A stretch of DNA of 64,000 nucleotides. Origin: Nannocystis bainbridge. GTDB lineage: Bacteria > Myxococcota_A > Polyangia > Nannocystales > Nannocystaceae. The DNA is taken from assembly GCF_028368995.1 (NCBI RefSeq), contig NZ_JAQNDL010000003.1:2944001-3008000 (forward strand). Reading direction: 5' to 3'. This document shows positions 33,280 to 43,599 of the stretch, one piece after another. Made by a program: the position numbers and the translations under genes. A model generated the notes under the pieces. It was not told where the DNA came from. It saw nothing but the letters and a program-made list of their open reading frames with translations, and made no database searches. Position 1 is the first letter of the stretch. Every line of letters starts with the position of its first letter.

Positions 33280-33903
33280 ATGACCTCGAGAGCAGACATC
33301 GTCGCCCGCAGCGGTCGCAAGATCGCCGCCGCCCTGGCCGGCAGCCTCGTCCTCCTGCTCGGCAGCGGGTATCTGCTGTCCCGCGGTGAACCACCGCCGC
33401 AGCAGCTCCCCGCCGCCGGACCCGAGCTCGCGGTCGCGCTCGGCGTGCCGGCGGCCGACGCCGATTCGGCGCGCCGGCATTTCGACGATTTCGACCCGCG
33501 CCCCGACCACGTCGCCCTCGCGCCGCCGCCGATCGAACCTGTCCCCCGGGACAGTTTGACTGAGGACCGTCAGGCCTGGCTCGCCAACCCGGGCCCGCAG
33601 GTCGTGATCGACGGCAGCGGGCAAGCCAAGCTCGAGGCCGCCCGTGCGGCCGCGACCGCCGAGCTGCAAAAAGCCCTCGACGGGCGGGCGCGGGGCCTCC
33701 TGCGCGCCTGTGGCGGCAAGAACCCCAATAACTTGTTCGTCCAGGCCACCTTCGGCGCCGACGGCAAGCTGCTCTCGCACGAGTTCGCCGGCCACGGCGA
33801 CGACGCTGCCGTCCGCGATTGCCTCGCCGCCCAGCCGTTCGCCATGACGATCGCGCCCCCCGGCGCCGAGATGCAGCTCCGCGGCGTGCTCGCCCCGCCC
33901 TGA
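33280..33903 (+). CDS. Hypothetical membrane-anchored protein
   Basis: N-terminal TM, Pro-rich linker, C-terminal two-Cys domain loosely like TonB-C/AgmX-type domains. Confidence 0.7.
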   Translation: MTSRADIVARSGRKIAAALAGSLVLLLGSGYLLSRGEPPPQQLPAAGPELAVALGVPAADADSARRHFDDFDPRPDHVALAPPPIEPVPRDSLTEDRQAWLANPGPQVVIDGSGQAKLEAARAAATAELQKALDGRARGLLRACGGKNPNNLFVQATFGADGKLLSHEFAGHGDDAAVRDCLAAQPFAMTIAPPGAEMQLRGVLAPP

Positions 33904-34173
33904 CGCCGCGAGCTCGAGTTCAGCGGCTGACCGCTCGCAGCGAGATCGTCAACATGTCCCAAAAGCCAGACCATGCATCCGGCTCGCCGCCGGGGCGGCC
34001 GAATGCGCGCTGACCTGCGGGCCCCGACTCTGCACATCGCACCCGCGCGCCTGTGAAGCCGGCGACGCACCTCTGGCGCGAATCTGCGTCTTGTTGGCCT
34101 GCGTTCATTCATGATAGCGTCGGTCCGAATCGCCGCGTCGCCCGATGCGGCGTCTGCCTGAACGGGGGTGAGC

Positions 34174-34704
34174 ATGCGCCGAACCGCGCCTACGCGCCGG
34201 TGTGGGGCTGTCTTGGGACTATTGTCGATCGTTGGATTCGCGGGCGGCTGTGCCGACGACACCACCGCCGGCACCCTCTCTATTAGTGGTACCGACGGCA
34301 CCGCCACGACTGGCGACCCGCCGACGTCCACCGATTCGCCGACGTCTCCGGCCACCACCGACACCCCCACCACCACCGTTTCGACGACCACCACCGATTC
34401 GACGACCACCGAGGGACCCACCACTACCGAGGGGCCGACGACCACCGATTCGACGACGACGACCACCACCACCGACACGACGACGACCTCGACGACGGAC
34501 ACGACGGACACCGACACGACCACCGGCGATCCGATCGTCGGCCGCTCCATCACCCAGACCGTCAACAGCGGCACCGTCGCCTCCAGCCCCAACTTCCGCA
34601 TGGTCTTCACTCTGGGTCAGCCGACCCAGAACCAGGGCATCTACTCTTCCGCCAACTTTCGCCTCCAGGGCGGCCTCATCGGCGCCAACGGGAACCCGCC
34701 ATGA
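34174..34704 (+). CDS. Thr-rich lipoprotein, copy 2
   Basis: Near-identical to 30859..31398. Confidence 0.85.
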   Translation: MRRTAPTRRCGAVLGLLSIVGFAGGCADDTTAGTLSISGTDGTATTGDPPTSTDSPTSPATTDTPTTTVSTTTTDSTTTEGPTTTEGPTTTDSTTTTTTTDTTTTSTTDTTDTDTTTGDPIVGRSITQTVNSGTVASSPNFRMVFTLGQPTQNQGIYSSANFRLQGGLIGANGNPP

Positions 34705-36044
34705 TCTCGACGAAGCGTGACCGCATCTTTGGTAAGAAGTGGTGGCTCGGGGCCGTGCTCGCCTCCGCGTGGCTGCTCCCCCTCGACGCCAGCGCCCTCG
34801 CCGTCCCCGCCCTCGTCACCCACCAGGGCCGCCTCTTCGACGCCAACGGCGTTCCTGTCGACGGCACCCAGGACATCACCTTCGCCATCTACGACGACGA
34901 GCTCGCCGGCAACGAGATCTGGGCCGAGACCATCAGCGTCACCTTCGAAGAGGGCTTCTTCTCCGTCCGCCTCGGCGAGCAGCTCGTCCTCGATGAATTG
35001 GTGTTCGACGGCAGCACCCGCTGGCTCGGCATCACCGTCGGCGCCGACCCGGAGATGACCCCTCGCGCCGCCGTCGTCAGCGTCCCCTATGCCATGTTCG
35101 CCGGGGACGTCCGCGGCGAGATCAACCCCCTCAGTGTCAACATTCAGGGCTTCGGTCAGGTCATCAACGAGAACGGCCAATGGGTCGGCGATCCTTCAGG
35201 ATTGATCGGTCCCGCCGGCCCGCCCGGACCCGCCGGTCCCGCTGGCGCCGAGGGTCCCGCCGGACCTGCGGGCGCTGAAGGCCCTGCCGGTCCCGCCGGC
35301 GCGGCCGGTCCTGCAGGCGCCGAGGGCCCCGCGGGTCCTGCCGGCGCCGAAGGCCCTGCCGGTCCCGCCGGTCCTGCGGGCCCTGCCGGCCCCGAAGGCC
35401 CCGCCGGCCCCGCTGGCGGCGACGGTCAGGTCGGTCCTGCCGGTCCCGCCGGTCCTGCGGGTCCGCAAGGTCCGATGGGTGACTCGGGCCCGGCCGGCCC
35501 TGCCGGTCCCCAGGGCCCGATGGGTGCGCTCGGTCCCATGGGCCCGATGGGCCCGCAGGGACCCGCCGGCCCCGTCGGTCCCGCCGGCCCCATCGGTCCC
35601 CAGGGCATCAAGGGCGACACCGGCGCTCAGGGTCCGCAAGGCCCGCAGGGCCTGCAAGGTGTCCAGGGTCCGCAGGGCCTCCCTGGCCCGACCAGCGTCG
35701 CCGCCTGTCCCAACTACCCGGCCTTCTCGACCTACCAGGTCAACACCGCCACCTCGCTGCTGTGCCTCTACTACGACACCGCCGGCGGCAACCAGAACTG
35801 GTACCAGAGCGCCGATCGCTGCCGCACGGCCTACGGCGGCGCCTACCTCTGCACCTACGAACAGGTCCGCCGCGCCTGCGCCACCGGCATGACCCTGCAG
35901 CTCAACACCTGGATGGGCGACCGCGTCGACGACGACCGGGGCATCCGCGTCAACGAGAACAACTGCGCCAACTTCGACGAGGACGAGAACTTCGGCACGG
36001 CCTTCGGCGCCCGCTACTGCTGCCTGCAGTGGATGAAGTACTGA
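34701..36044 (+). CDS. Secreted collagen-like protein 2 (about 55 GXY triplets, divergent Cys-rich tip)
   Basis: N-domain near-identical to copy 1; shorter GXY run; homologous but divergent C-terminal domain. Confidence 0.92.
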   Translation: MISTKRDRIFGKKWWLGAVLASAWLLPLDASALAVPALVTHQGRLFDANGVPVDGTQDITFAIYDDELAGNEIWAETISVTFEEGFFSVRLGEQLVLDELVFDGSTRWLGITVGADPEMTPRAAVVSVPYAMFAGDVRGEINPLSVNIQGFGQVINENGQWVGDPSGLIGPAGPPGPAGPAGAEGPAGPAGAEGPAGPAGAAGPAGAEGPAGPAGAEGPAGPAGPAGPAGPEGPAGPAGGDGQVGPAGPAGPAGPQGPMGDSGPAGPAGPQGPMGALGPMGPMGPQGPAGPVGPAGPIGPQGIKGDTGAQGPQGPQGLQGVQGPQGLPGPTSVAACPNYPAFSTYQVNTATSLLCLYYDTAGGNQNWYQSADRCRTAYGGAYLCTYEQVRRACATGMTLQLNTWMGDRVDDDRGIRVNENNCANFDEDENFGTAFGARYCCLQWMKY

Positions 36045-36170
36045 GAGTCACGCGCGCGACACCGACACCCACGAGCCCCGGCTCACGCCGCCGGCTCGTC
36101 GCGGCCCCGGCGAGCTGTCCGAAGCGACAGGTCGCCGCTCCCCGCCGGGCCTCACCCATCGAGGCCGCCG

Positions 36171-36404
36171 ATGAGCGGCCCCGACATGCTCGCCGCCCTC
36201 CGCGCGGTCGCGCCTTGCGATCTGCGCACCACGCCTGCGATCGGCATCGACGCCTTCCGGACCCATGGCGCCGACCGCGAGCCCGCGGCCAGGCAGGACG
36301 CGCTGTCCTTCGTCGCCGGTTCGGTCTATAGCGGCGTCATCTTCACCCTCGACACCCAGCGCGGAAACATCACCGAGCTCTGCCTCGGCGCCGCCGCCGA
36401 GTGA
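36171..36404 (+). CDS. Small hypothetical protein
   Basis: ORF abutting the esterase start. Confidence 0.5.
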   Translation: MSGPDMLAALRAVAPCDLRTTPAIGIDAFRTHGADREPAARQDALSFVAGSVYSGVIFTLDTQRGNITELCLGAAAE

Positions 36405-37088
36405 ATGCGTGCCGTCATGAACGAACTGCTCCCTTGCGTCGAGGTCGACGCCCAGGTCCCTGCCACCGCCAGCGTCATCTTCCTCCACGGCCTCGGCGCT
36501 GACGGCCACGACTTCGAGCCGGCCGTCCCGGTGTTCGGCCTGCCGTGGGCGCGCTTCATCCTCCCGCACGCGCCCGCGCTGCCGGTCACGATCAACGGCG
36601 GCTTCGTCATGCCCGCCTGGTACGACATCCGCAGCCTCGGCTTCGACCCGCACGCCGGCCCGCGCGAGGACGAGGCCCACATCCGGGCCAGCGCCGCCGC
36701 CATCACCCGCCTCATCGCCCGCGAGAACGCCCGCGGGATCGCCAGCGACCGCATCGTCCTCGGCGGCTTCAGCCAGGGCGGCGCCATGGCCCTCTACACC
36801 GGCACCCGCCACCCCGAGACCCTCGCCGGCCTGCTCGTCCTCAGCGCCTACGAGGTCCTGGCCGACCAGCGCGCCGAGCAGCACCGCGCCAACTTCGACA
36901 CCCCGGCGCTGTTCTGCCACGGCCGCAACGACCCGCTGGTCCCCGTCTTCGCCGGCCGCGCCGCCCACGACGCCGCCATCCGCCCCGGCCGCGACGTCCG
37001 CTGGCACGACTACCCCATCCAGCACGAGGTCTCGACCGCCGAGCTCCAGCTGGTCTCCTCCTGGCTGCACGAACGCCTGCCGCAATGA
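36405..37088 (+). CDS. Phospholipase/carboxylesterase (alpha/beta hydrolase)
   Basis: FLHGLGADG, MPAWYDI, GGFSQGG, HGRNDPLV motifs. Confidence 0.93.
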   Translation: MRAVMNELLPCVEVDAQVPATASVIFLHGLGADGHDFEPAVPVFGLPWARFILPHAPALPVTINGGFVMPAWYDIRSLGFDPHAGPREDEAHIRASAAAITRLIARENARGIASDRIVLGGFSQGGAMALYTGTRHPETLAGLLVLSAYEVLADQRAEQHRANFDTPALFCHGRNDPLVPVFAGRAAHDAAIRPGRDVRWHDYPIQHEVSTAELQLVSSWLHERLPQ

Positions 37089-37274
37089 CACGACCGAAGG
37101 GACATGTCCTTAATTTCAGAACATGTCCCTTCAGACACCCGCCGGCGCTCTCGATAACATGTCCCTTCGGACAGACAGAAGCGCGCCCTCTCTGACAAGA
37201 GAGAGCTTGGCAGGGCCCCTCGGGGCGGACGATCGCGCCGGCGCTTTCGAAAACATGTCCCTTCGGACATCTCG
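37086..37274. repeat. Cluster of 14-bp-phased palindrome pairs (catgtcc-cttc-ggaca)
   Basis: Core pairs at 37089/37103, 37122/37136, 37158/37172, 37254/37268; convergent junction. Confidence 0.8.
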
Positions 37275-37309
37275 AAAGGGACCTCTTCTTCTCTCGCGAG
37301 AGAAGAAGA

Positions 37310-38233
37310 CTAGAACCGCAGCAGCAGCGTCGCCCCGCCGATCGTCGGGGCCACCTTCGCGCGGCCTTCCTGCCAGCGGAGGAACGCCTTGCGACGCAGC
37401 ACCCCGTGCGTGAACAGGCCCCAGCCGATCGCGGTCGCCACCAGCCCGCCGCCGATCAGCGGCACCCCGGCGCGGCGCTCCTCGCCGAACACGTCGGTCG
37501 TGCGCGCCGCGATCCCGAGGCCGAACACCACCAGCCCGATCGTCCCGAGCGCCGCGCCGACGATCATGCGCGGGGTCCCGTTGGGCGGCACCCTGTCCGG
37601 ATCGATCGGCGCCTCGGACACCTCCACGAAGGTCGGCATCTGCCCGTTCGGCGGCCCCCAGCTGTGCTCCGCGCCCGGTAGCGGGCGCTGATAAATCTGC
37701 CACGTCCGCGGCTTCGTCCGTCCGGGCTCCCGCGGCGCCTCCACAGCCACCGACCCGCCCGGCGCCGTCGTCGGCGGCACGGTCTCTGCCGCGCGCGTCG
37801 GCGACGGCATGGTCTCCGCCGCGCTCGTCGGCGGCCCACCCGGGCCTGTCCCCGCAGCACCCGGCGAGCTCGTCGCAGCACTCGCGCCCGACGTCGGCTC
37901 GGGCCCTGCTATCGGAGCCGGCGTCTCCGGAGCGGGCGCCGGGCTCGAATTCGTCGGCGCCGAAGCAGCTCCGCTCGTCGGCTCGGCCGTCGCCGCGCCC
38001 GAAGTCGGCGCAGTCGCGACAATCATCGCAGCCGAACCCGACCACGCATGCATCGCCGCCCGCGTCCGCGAATTCGCCCGCCCCTTCGCGCTCTGCTCCG
38101 ACGATTCTGCTGGCGAACCGAGTTCACGTGCGGTCGTTGCAGATCCCACGTTCATCGGCGCCGCCTGAACCAGCGACGGCATCGCCGTCAGCAACACCGT
38201 CAAGCAGATCGCCCGCGAGCGCATGGACCTCAT
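37310..38233 (-). CDS. Hypothetical exported/membrane protein with Ala/Pro/Thr-rich linker
   Basis: Signal peptide, two C-terminal hydrophobic helices, terminal LLLRF. Confidence 0.65.
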   Translation of the reverse strand: MRSMRSRAICLTVLLTAMPSLVQAAPMNVGSATTARELGSPAESSEQSAKGRANSRTRAAMHAWSGSAAMIVATAPTSGAATAEPTSGAASAPTNSSPAPAPETPAPIAGPEPTSGASAATSSPGAAGTGPGGPPTSAAETMPSPTRAAETVPPTTAPGGSVAVEAPREPGRTKPRTWQIYQRPLPGAEHSWGPPNGQMPTFVEVSEAPIDPDRVPPNGTPRMIVGAALGTIGLVVFGLGIAARTTDVFGEERRAGVPLIGGGLVATAIGWGLFTHGVLRRKAFLRWQEGRAKVAPTIGGATLLLRF

Positions 38234-38312
38234 GGAGGGCGCATCCTCGCACATTCGCCCCGCGAAGTCGCCGCGTGCGAGCCTCGCGCCGACTGGCTAT
38301 GCTCCAGCCTGC

Positions 38313-39323
38313 ATGGTGCTGCGCATCCAAGGAAACCTCGCCCCGCCCGGTTCCCCCTGGTACGAGCGTCTGTTCGCCGACCAGCTCTGCACCATCATGC
38401 TCGCCTGCGGCTTCGACGAGTACGGCGCCAACCGCTCGCAGGACGACCTGCTCGAGGCCGGCCTCCTCGCACGCGGCTTCTCGCGCGACGACGCCGGCGC
38501 GGTCGCGCGGCTCGCCGCCGGCAAGCGCGTCGCGCCGCAGAGGCCCGCCCAGCACTGGCTCGGTCGCGGCGTCGCGTCCGATGCCAGCGGCCGCCCGGTC
38601 GACGTCGTCGTTACCCTCGTGCGCGCGGGCGACGGCAGCGCCGGCGGCGACGCGGCCTCCGCGTTCCTCGAGGGCCTCGGCCGCTGCGACGTCGCCATGT
38701 ACGGCGGCCACGGCCGCTACGGCACCGGCCCCGACTTCGACTACAACTTCACCGCCGACCTCGTCGACGACAAGGGCGCGGTCGAGGCCAGCTTCAGCGA
38801 GTACAAGGACCTCGAGGAGTTCCTGGCCGAGCGCGGGCGAGTCAGCAAGCGCTCGCCGCTGGCGGAGTACCGGACCCTGGTCGCCCGCGGCCGCCTGCAG
38901 ATCCGCCGCATCAACTCGGGCAACCTCGTGATCAACCTGCGCAACTATCATACGGCCGAGTTCGGCGCGCACGTGATGGTCGACCAGCTCAAGACCGACC
39001 CCAACATCCGCCGCATGTCGAAGCAGGCGTTCGACAAGCGCTACCGGCTGTGGCTGTTCCACGGCTGCCGCACCAACGATTATTTTTACAACTTGCGCAA
39101 GCTGAACCCGAAGGCCAACGCCGGCGGCCTCGACCTGCTCGGCACCCGCCGGGTGACGTATTGGAGCATGATCGGCGACACGCTGCTGCAGCTGCTCGAC
39201 GCGCTGTCGCAGCGCCGCACCTTCTCGCAGATCTTGCAAACACTCCACGCGGCCAACCCCGACAACCCGGGCGACGGCGCGAAGGGCCCGAGCCACGTCG
39301 CCGACCTCGGCCGCCGCGCCTGA
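38313..39323 (+). CDS. Hypothetical protein with possible caspase-like (clan CD) His-Cys dyad
   Basis: MYGGHGRYG and WLFHGCRT motifs. Confidence 0.65.
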   Translation: MVLRIQGNLAPPGSPWYERLFADQLCTIMLACGFDEYGANRSQDDLLEAGLLARGFSRDDAGAVARLAAGKRVAPQRPAQHWLGRGVASDASGRPVDVVVTLVRAGDGSAGGDAASAFLEGLGRCDVAMYGGHGRYGTGPDFDYNFTADLVDDKGAVEASFSEYKDLEEFLAERGRVSKRSPLAEYRTLVARGRLQIRRINSGNLVINLRNYHTAEFGAHVMVDQLKTDPNIRRMSKQAFDKRYRLWLFHGCRTNDYFYNLRKLNPKANAGGLDLLGTRRVTYWSMIGDTLLQLLDALSQRRTFSQILQTLHAANPDNPGDGAKGPSHVADLGRRA

Positions 39324-39339
39324 CATCACGGAGCCGACC

Positions 39340-39912
39340 ATGTCCACCCCCGACTTCGCCAGCCGCGTCCAGGCGTTCGCCGACAACCCCTCGCCCGCCG
39401 CCGCCAGAGCCCTCGCCGCGGAGCACGACGACCGCGCCTTCGCGGCCCTCGTCGAAGCGATGAACGACTTCATGGAGGGCCCCGACGCGCTCGCCTACCG
39501 CGAGGCCGTGCGCACCGTCGCCACCCCCGCCGTGCTCGCCACGTGGATGAGCGGCGACCTCGAGGCCCGCCGCACCGCCGCCCACGCGCTCAGCGCCCGC
39601 TTCCCCGAGCACGTCCCCTTCATCGCCCAGGGCCTGCGCGACCCCGACGACCAGGTCCGGGCGATCTGCCGCCGGTCCCTTCGTTCATGGTCTTCGAGCC
39701 CTGTCCTTCACGACCTGTTCCTCGAGGCAGTCGCGCACGACGACCCGCGCGTGCGCCTGCTCGCGGCCGAGGGCCTCGGCAAGCTCGGCGTCGCGGCCGA
39801 CCTGCCGGCGCTGCACACGGCCCTCGACGTCGAGCAGGACGACCGGACGCGCGACCGGCTGGCCTGGGCGATCGAGCGCATCGAAGATCAGGGCCCCGAC
39901 GGACAGGGCTGA
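39340..39912 (+). CDS. HEAT-repeat protein
   Basis: LRDPDDQVR, DDPRVRLLAAEGLGKLG; GGAG RBS. Confidence 0.85.
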   Translation: MSTPDFASRVQAFADNPSPAAARALAAEHDDRAFAALVEAMNDFMEGPDALAYREAVRTVATPAVLATWMSGDLEARRTAAHALSARFPEHVPFIAQGLRDPDDQVRAICRRSLRSWSSSPVLHDLFLEAVAHDDPRVRLLAAEGLGKLGVAADLPALHTALDVEQDDRTRDRLAWAIERIEDQGPDGQG

Positions 39913-40116
39913 GTCTGCGGACGGTCGCGCAACCGGAGGTCGGGTCCGGTGGTCCGCGAGGTCGACCCATGACGTGAGCCTCGCGAGCGTGACGACGGAG
40001 CCTCCGCACGCACCGCCGAAGCGGCCCGCGTCACCGACGCCTCGCTCGGGCCTGGCGGCGGCGTAGCGGTTCGGCCCGCGGGTGTGCTAGCTTCCCGCGC
40101 TCTTCAAAGCCTCCTC

Positions 40117-40932
40117 ATGGCCAGCCGCTCCACCGCCCGCAAGCACACCCTCGCCGAACAGGCCGACCGCTTCGCCCTCTACCAAGAGGCCGTCAACGCC
40201 CCGATCGACAACATCGAATTCGTCGAGCGCGTCTACTCCGAGATGCGCGGGGTCAAGCCCAAGGTGCTCAAGGAGGACTTCTGCGGCACCGCGCTGCTGG
40301 CCGCCGAGTGGGCCAAGCGCGGCCCCCAGCGCCGGTCGATCGGCGTCGACCTCGACGCCGAAGCCCTCGCCTGGGCCCGCCGCCACAACCTCGCCCCCGC
40401 CGGCCCCACCATCGCCGGCCGCGTCGAGCTCGTGCACGCCGACGTCCTCACCCCGCTCGACCACCGCGCCGACGTCGTCTGCGCCCTCAACTTCAGCTAC
40501 TTCCTGCTGTCCTCGCGCCAGCAGCTGCTCGCCTACTTCCGCAACGTCCGCCGCTCGCTGCGCCCGCGCGGCCTGTTCGTGCTCGACTGCATCGGCGGCA
40601 CCGAGGCCGTGGCCGACTACCACGAGCGCCGCGAGTACGACGGCTTCTCGTACCTGTGGGACCACAGCGAGTTCAACCCGCTCGACCACACCGCCCGCTG
40701 CTCGATCAGCTTCGCCTTCCCCGACGGCTCGCGCATCGAGCCGGCGTTCGCCTACCGCTGGCGCGTGTGGACCTTGCCCGAGCTGCGCGACCTCCTCGAC
40801 GAGGCCGGCTTCGCGGCGCCGCGGGTGTTCTGGGAGTACACCGACGAGAAGGACGGCTCCACCGAGTACCGCGAGATCGCCCACGAGCAGAACCAGGAGA
40901 TCTGGCTGACCTACCTGGTCGCTTCGACCTGA
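40117..40932 (+). CDS. Class I SAM-dependent methyltransferase
   Basis: LKEDFCGTA, GVDLD, ALNFSY, YRWRVWTLPE motifs. Confidence 0.9.
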   Translation: MASRSTARKHTLAEQADRFALYQEAVNAPIDNIEFVERVYSEMRGVKPKVLKEDFCGTALLAAEWAKRGPQRRSIGVDLDAEALAWARRHNLAPAGPTIAGRVELVHADVLTPLDHRADVVCALNFSYFLLSSRQQLLAYFRNVRRSLRPRGLFVLDCIGGTEAVADYHERREYDGFSYLWDHSEFNPLDHTARCSISFAFPDGSRIEPAFAYRWRVWTLPELRDLLDEAGFAAPRVFWEYTDEKDGSTEYREIAHEQNQEIWLTYLVAST

Positions 40933-40945
40933 CCCAAGGGACAGC

Positions 40946-42022
40946 ATGACGAACTTCCGCTCGGACAACAACGCTGGCCTCATCCCCGAGGCGCTGGCGG
41001 CGTTGGTCGAGGCGGCCCAGGGCGAGGCGCTGGCCTACGGCGGCGACGAGGTCACGCAGCGGGCGGCCACGCGGGTGGCCGCGCTGTTCGGCGCCGAGTC
41101 CAAGGCCGCGGTGTTCTTCGTCGCCACCGGCACGGCCGCCAACACGCTGGCCGTCGCCGCCCTGACCGAGCCGTGGCAACGCGTGCTGTGTCACCGCCAC
41201 AGCCACTACAACGAGGACGAGTCGACGGCGCCCGAGCGGATCACCCAGTGCCGCACGACCCCGATCGATCCGGGCCCCGACCCGACCCGGCTCACCCCTG
41301 AAGTCCTGCTGCCGCACCTCGTCGGTCGCCGCGGCGACGTCCACGAGCCCGCGCCCGGGGTGCTGACGCTGTCCAACCCGACCGAATTCGGCACCGTCTA
41401 CACACCCGCCGAGCTGGCCGCGCTGAGCCGCGTCGCCCACGAGCACGGCTACCGCGTCCACGTCGACGGCGCCCGCTTCAGCCAGGCGGTGGCCCACGTG
41501 ATGCGCACGCTCGACCTGTCCGAAGAGGCAGCTTGTCGCGCGCTCACCGTCGACGCCGGCGTCGACGCCCTGTCGTTCGGCGGCACCAAGGGCGGCCTGG
41601 CGATCGGCGAGGCGGTGGTGCTGTTCGCCGGCCGCTCACCCGCGGCCGCGCGGGCCGCCGAACGCCTGCCGTTCCTGCGCAAATCGACGGGCCACCTGCT
41701 GAGCAAGCACCGCTACGTGTCGGGCCAGTTCAACCGCGCACTCGCCCACGGCGCGTGGGTCCGCCACGCGGCCGCCGCCGCGACGATGGCCGAGCGCCTC
41801 GCCGCCGGCCTGCGCATCCGCGGCCTCACGCCCACGTTCCCGCGCGAGTCCAACGCCGTGTTCGTCGACCTGCCCGCGCCCGTCGACCGCCGCCTGCGCA
41901 ACCGCGGCCACAGCTACTACCCGTTCGCCACCCCGCTCGGCCCGCGCGCCCGCCTGATGTGCAGCTTCGCCACCACGCAAGCCGACATCGACGCCTTCCT
42001 CGCCGACATCCCGCCGCCCTGA
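40946..42022 (+). CDS. ltaE: Low-specificity L-threonine aldolase
   Basis: FRSDN, TGTAAN, HVDGAR, SFGGTKGG (PLP Lys). Confidence 0.9.
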   Translation: MTNFRSDNNAGLIPEALAALVEAAQGEALAYGGDEVTQRAATRVAALFGAESKAAVFFVATGTAANTLAVAALTEPWQRVLCHRHSHYNEDESTAPERITQCRTTPIDPGPDPTRLTPEVLLPHLVGRRGDVHEPAPGVLTLSNPTEFGTVYTPAELAALSRVAHEHGYRVHVDGARFSQAVAHVMRTLDLSEEAACRALTVDAGVDALSFGGTKGGLAIGEAVVLFAGRSPAAARAAERLPFLRKSTGHLLSKHRYVSGQFNRALAHGAWVRHAAAAATMAERLAAGLRIRGLTPTFPRESNAVFVDLPAPVDRRLRNRGHSYYPFATPLGPRARLMCSFATTQADIDAFLADIPPP

Positions 42023-42207
42023 GCACGCCGTCGAATGGCCGAGGCCCGCGACTCCGCGAGCACGTGCCGCTCGAATGGGATGACCCAAGAGCCAGGTTTA
42101 TTTCGCGTGGATGCGACGCATCCATCGTCGTCTTTCTCGCCGACATCCCGCCGCCCTGAGCGCGCCGTCGAATGGGCTGACCCAAGAGCCAGGTTTATTT
42201 CGCGTGG
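41999..42207. repeat. Interleaved direct repeats duplicating the ltaE 3' end
   Basis: 41999-42038 recurs at 42136-42175; 42071-42110 recurs at 42168-42207. Confidence 0.85.
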
Positions 42208-42576
42208 GCACGAGCCTCGATCGTCGCCGTCTTCGCGACGTCGGTGCTCGCCGCCCGAATCAACGCCGCATGAGCGACCCGCTCCGCGCCGCGGCGATCA
42301 TCGATCGTGTCTCGCTACCGGCTCCGATCTGCACCGCCTCACGCCGGCGCCCGAGCCCGCGGATCATGTCCTCCCCTGGGGGCCCCCCCCATTATTAAAG
42401 TGGTTCGGAACTGCGCATGTGCGGCTCTTGGGCCTCGACCGTCGCCTGGAGACAACCGCGTCGGGCGGCTCGACGACTAGAGCCGGAATTCTCACCCAGC
42501 CCCGATCTGCTGCCAAATGGCTGCGGAGAGGCTGCGCGCTTGCACGCCTCGGCACGCTTCTTCACGCTGGGGGGCG

Positions 42577-43599
42577 ATGGCCATCGTTTTCGCCTTCACC
42601 GTCGCCGCCCTCGTGTTCGCAGCGCCTGCCGCGCCCGGACCTACGCGCACTGCGACGACGGTCGCGCCCGCCTCCCCGGGTGCGCCGCCGGCCGCGAAGA
42701 ACCTGTCCTCAGGGACAGCCAACACCACCGCCGAGCTGCGCGTCGACTGGCGCGACCGCGTCGCCATCGGCGTCGCTTCCATGCAGAGCGCCGACCCGGC
42801 GCGGCTCGCCCGACTCGAGCAGCTCCAGCCCGACCGCAAGGTCGAGGACGCCGTGTTCTTCTCCCCGGGAGAGCTGCAGGACCCGCGCGTCGCACCTGTC
42901 CTTTTGCGCAGGTTGCTTCAGAGCACCGACCCCGTGAAGGTCCGCTGCGCCATCGTCGAGGCCCTGCCGCTGACCGGCGGGGATTGGCAGGAGGGCGCCG
43001 CCGCGTTGGTCGCTCTCGACGCCTCGCCGCAGGTGCGCAAGCAGTTGGTCCAGGTCATGCGCTACGCCGGCGCGCCCTTCAACCTCGACGGCCTGCGCCG
43101 CGGCTTCAAGGACGAGGACGGCGAGGTCAACATCGCCGCCGCCCGCACCGCCGGGTTCGCGCGCAACGGCGAGGAGCTGTTCCCCGAGCTCTACTCGAGC
43201 ACCTTCGACAGCGACTGGGACCTGCGCGCCGCCGCCGTGCAGGCGCTCGGCATGTTGCGCTTGCCCAAGTCGCGCGACGTCCTGATCAAGGCGCTCGGCG
43301 ACGACGAGCGCGAGGTCCGGCTGCAGGCCTTCCTCGCCCTCGAGCAGATCGATCCCGAGGGCATCATCTGGCTGCCCGAGCTCGAGTCCCTGGCCAAGGA
43401 TCGCAAGAGCCACCGGATCGCCCGCAAGGCCGAGCTCATGCTGCGCAAGCGCAAGGCCGCCGAAAAGGCCGCCAAAAAGGCCGGGCGCCCGATCACCGGC
43501 GCGCGGCCGACCGCGCCCGAGCCGAGCCCGCCCGCCCGGGGTGGTGGTGGCTCGGCGAGCGGCGCGATCAAGCTCGACCCCTCCGCGACCCAGCCATGA
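42577..43599 (+). CDS. Exported HEAT-repeat protein
   Basis: Signal peptide; repeats such as DSDWDLRAAAVQALG and DDEREVRLQA. Confidence 0.85.
   Translation: MAIVFAFTVAALVFAAPAAPGPTRTATTVAPASPGAPPAAKNLSSGTANTTAELRVDWRDRVAIGVASMQSADPARLARLEQLQPDRKVEDAVFFSPGELQDPRVAPVLLRRLLQSTDPVKVRCAIVEALPLTGGDWQEGAAALVALDASPQVRKQLVQVMRYAGAPFNLDGLRRGFKDEDGEVNIAAARTAGFARNGEELFPELYSSTFDSDWDLRAAAVQALGMLRLPKSRDVLIKALGDDEREVRLQAFLALEQIDPEGIIWLPELESLAKDRKSHRIARKAELMLRKRKAAEKAAKKAGRPITGARPTAPEPSPPARGGGGSASGAIKLDPSATQP

Noticed and set aside
31395-36044. Diversity-generating retroelement acting on the lectin-like tips
   Set aside because: No reverse transcriptase or template repeat is present, and the tip differences are not adenine-specific.
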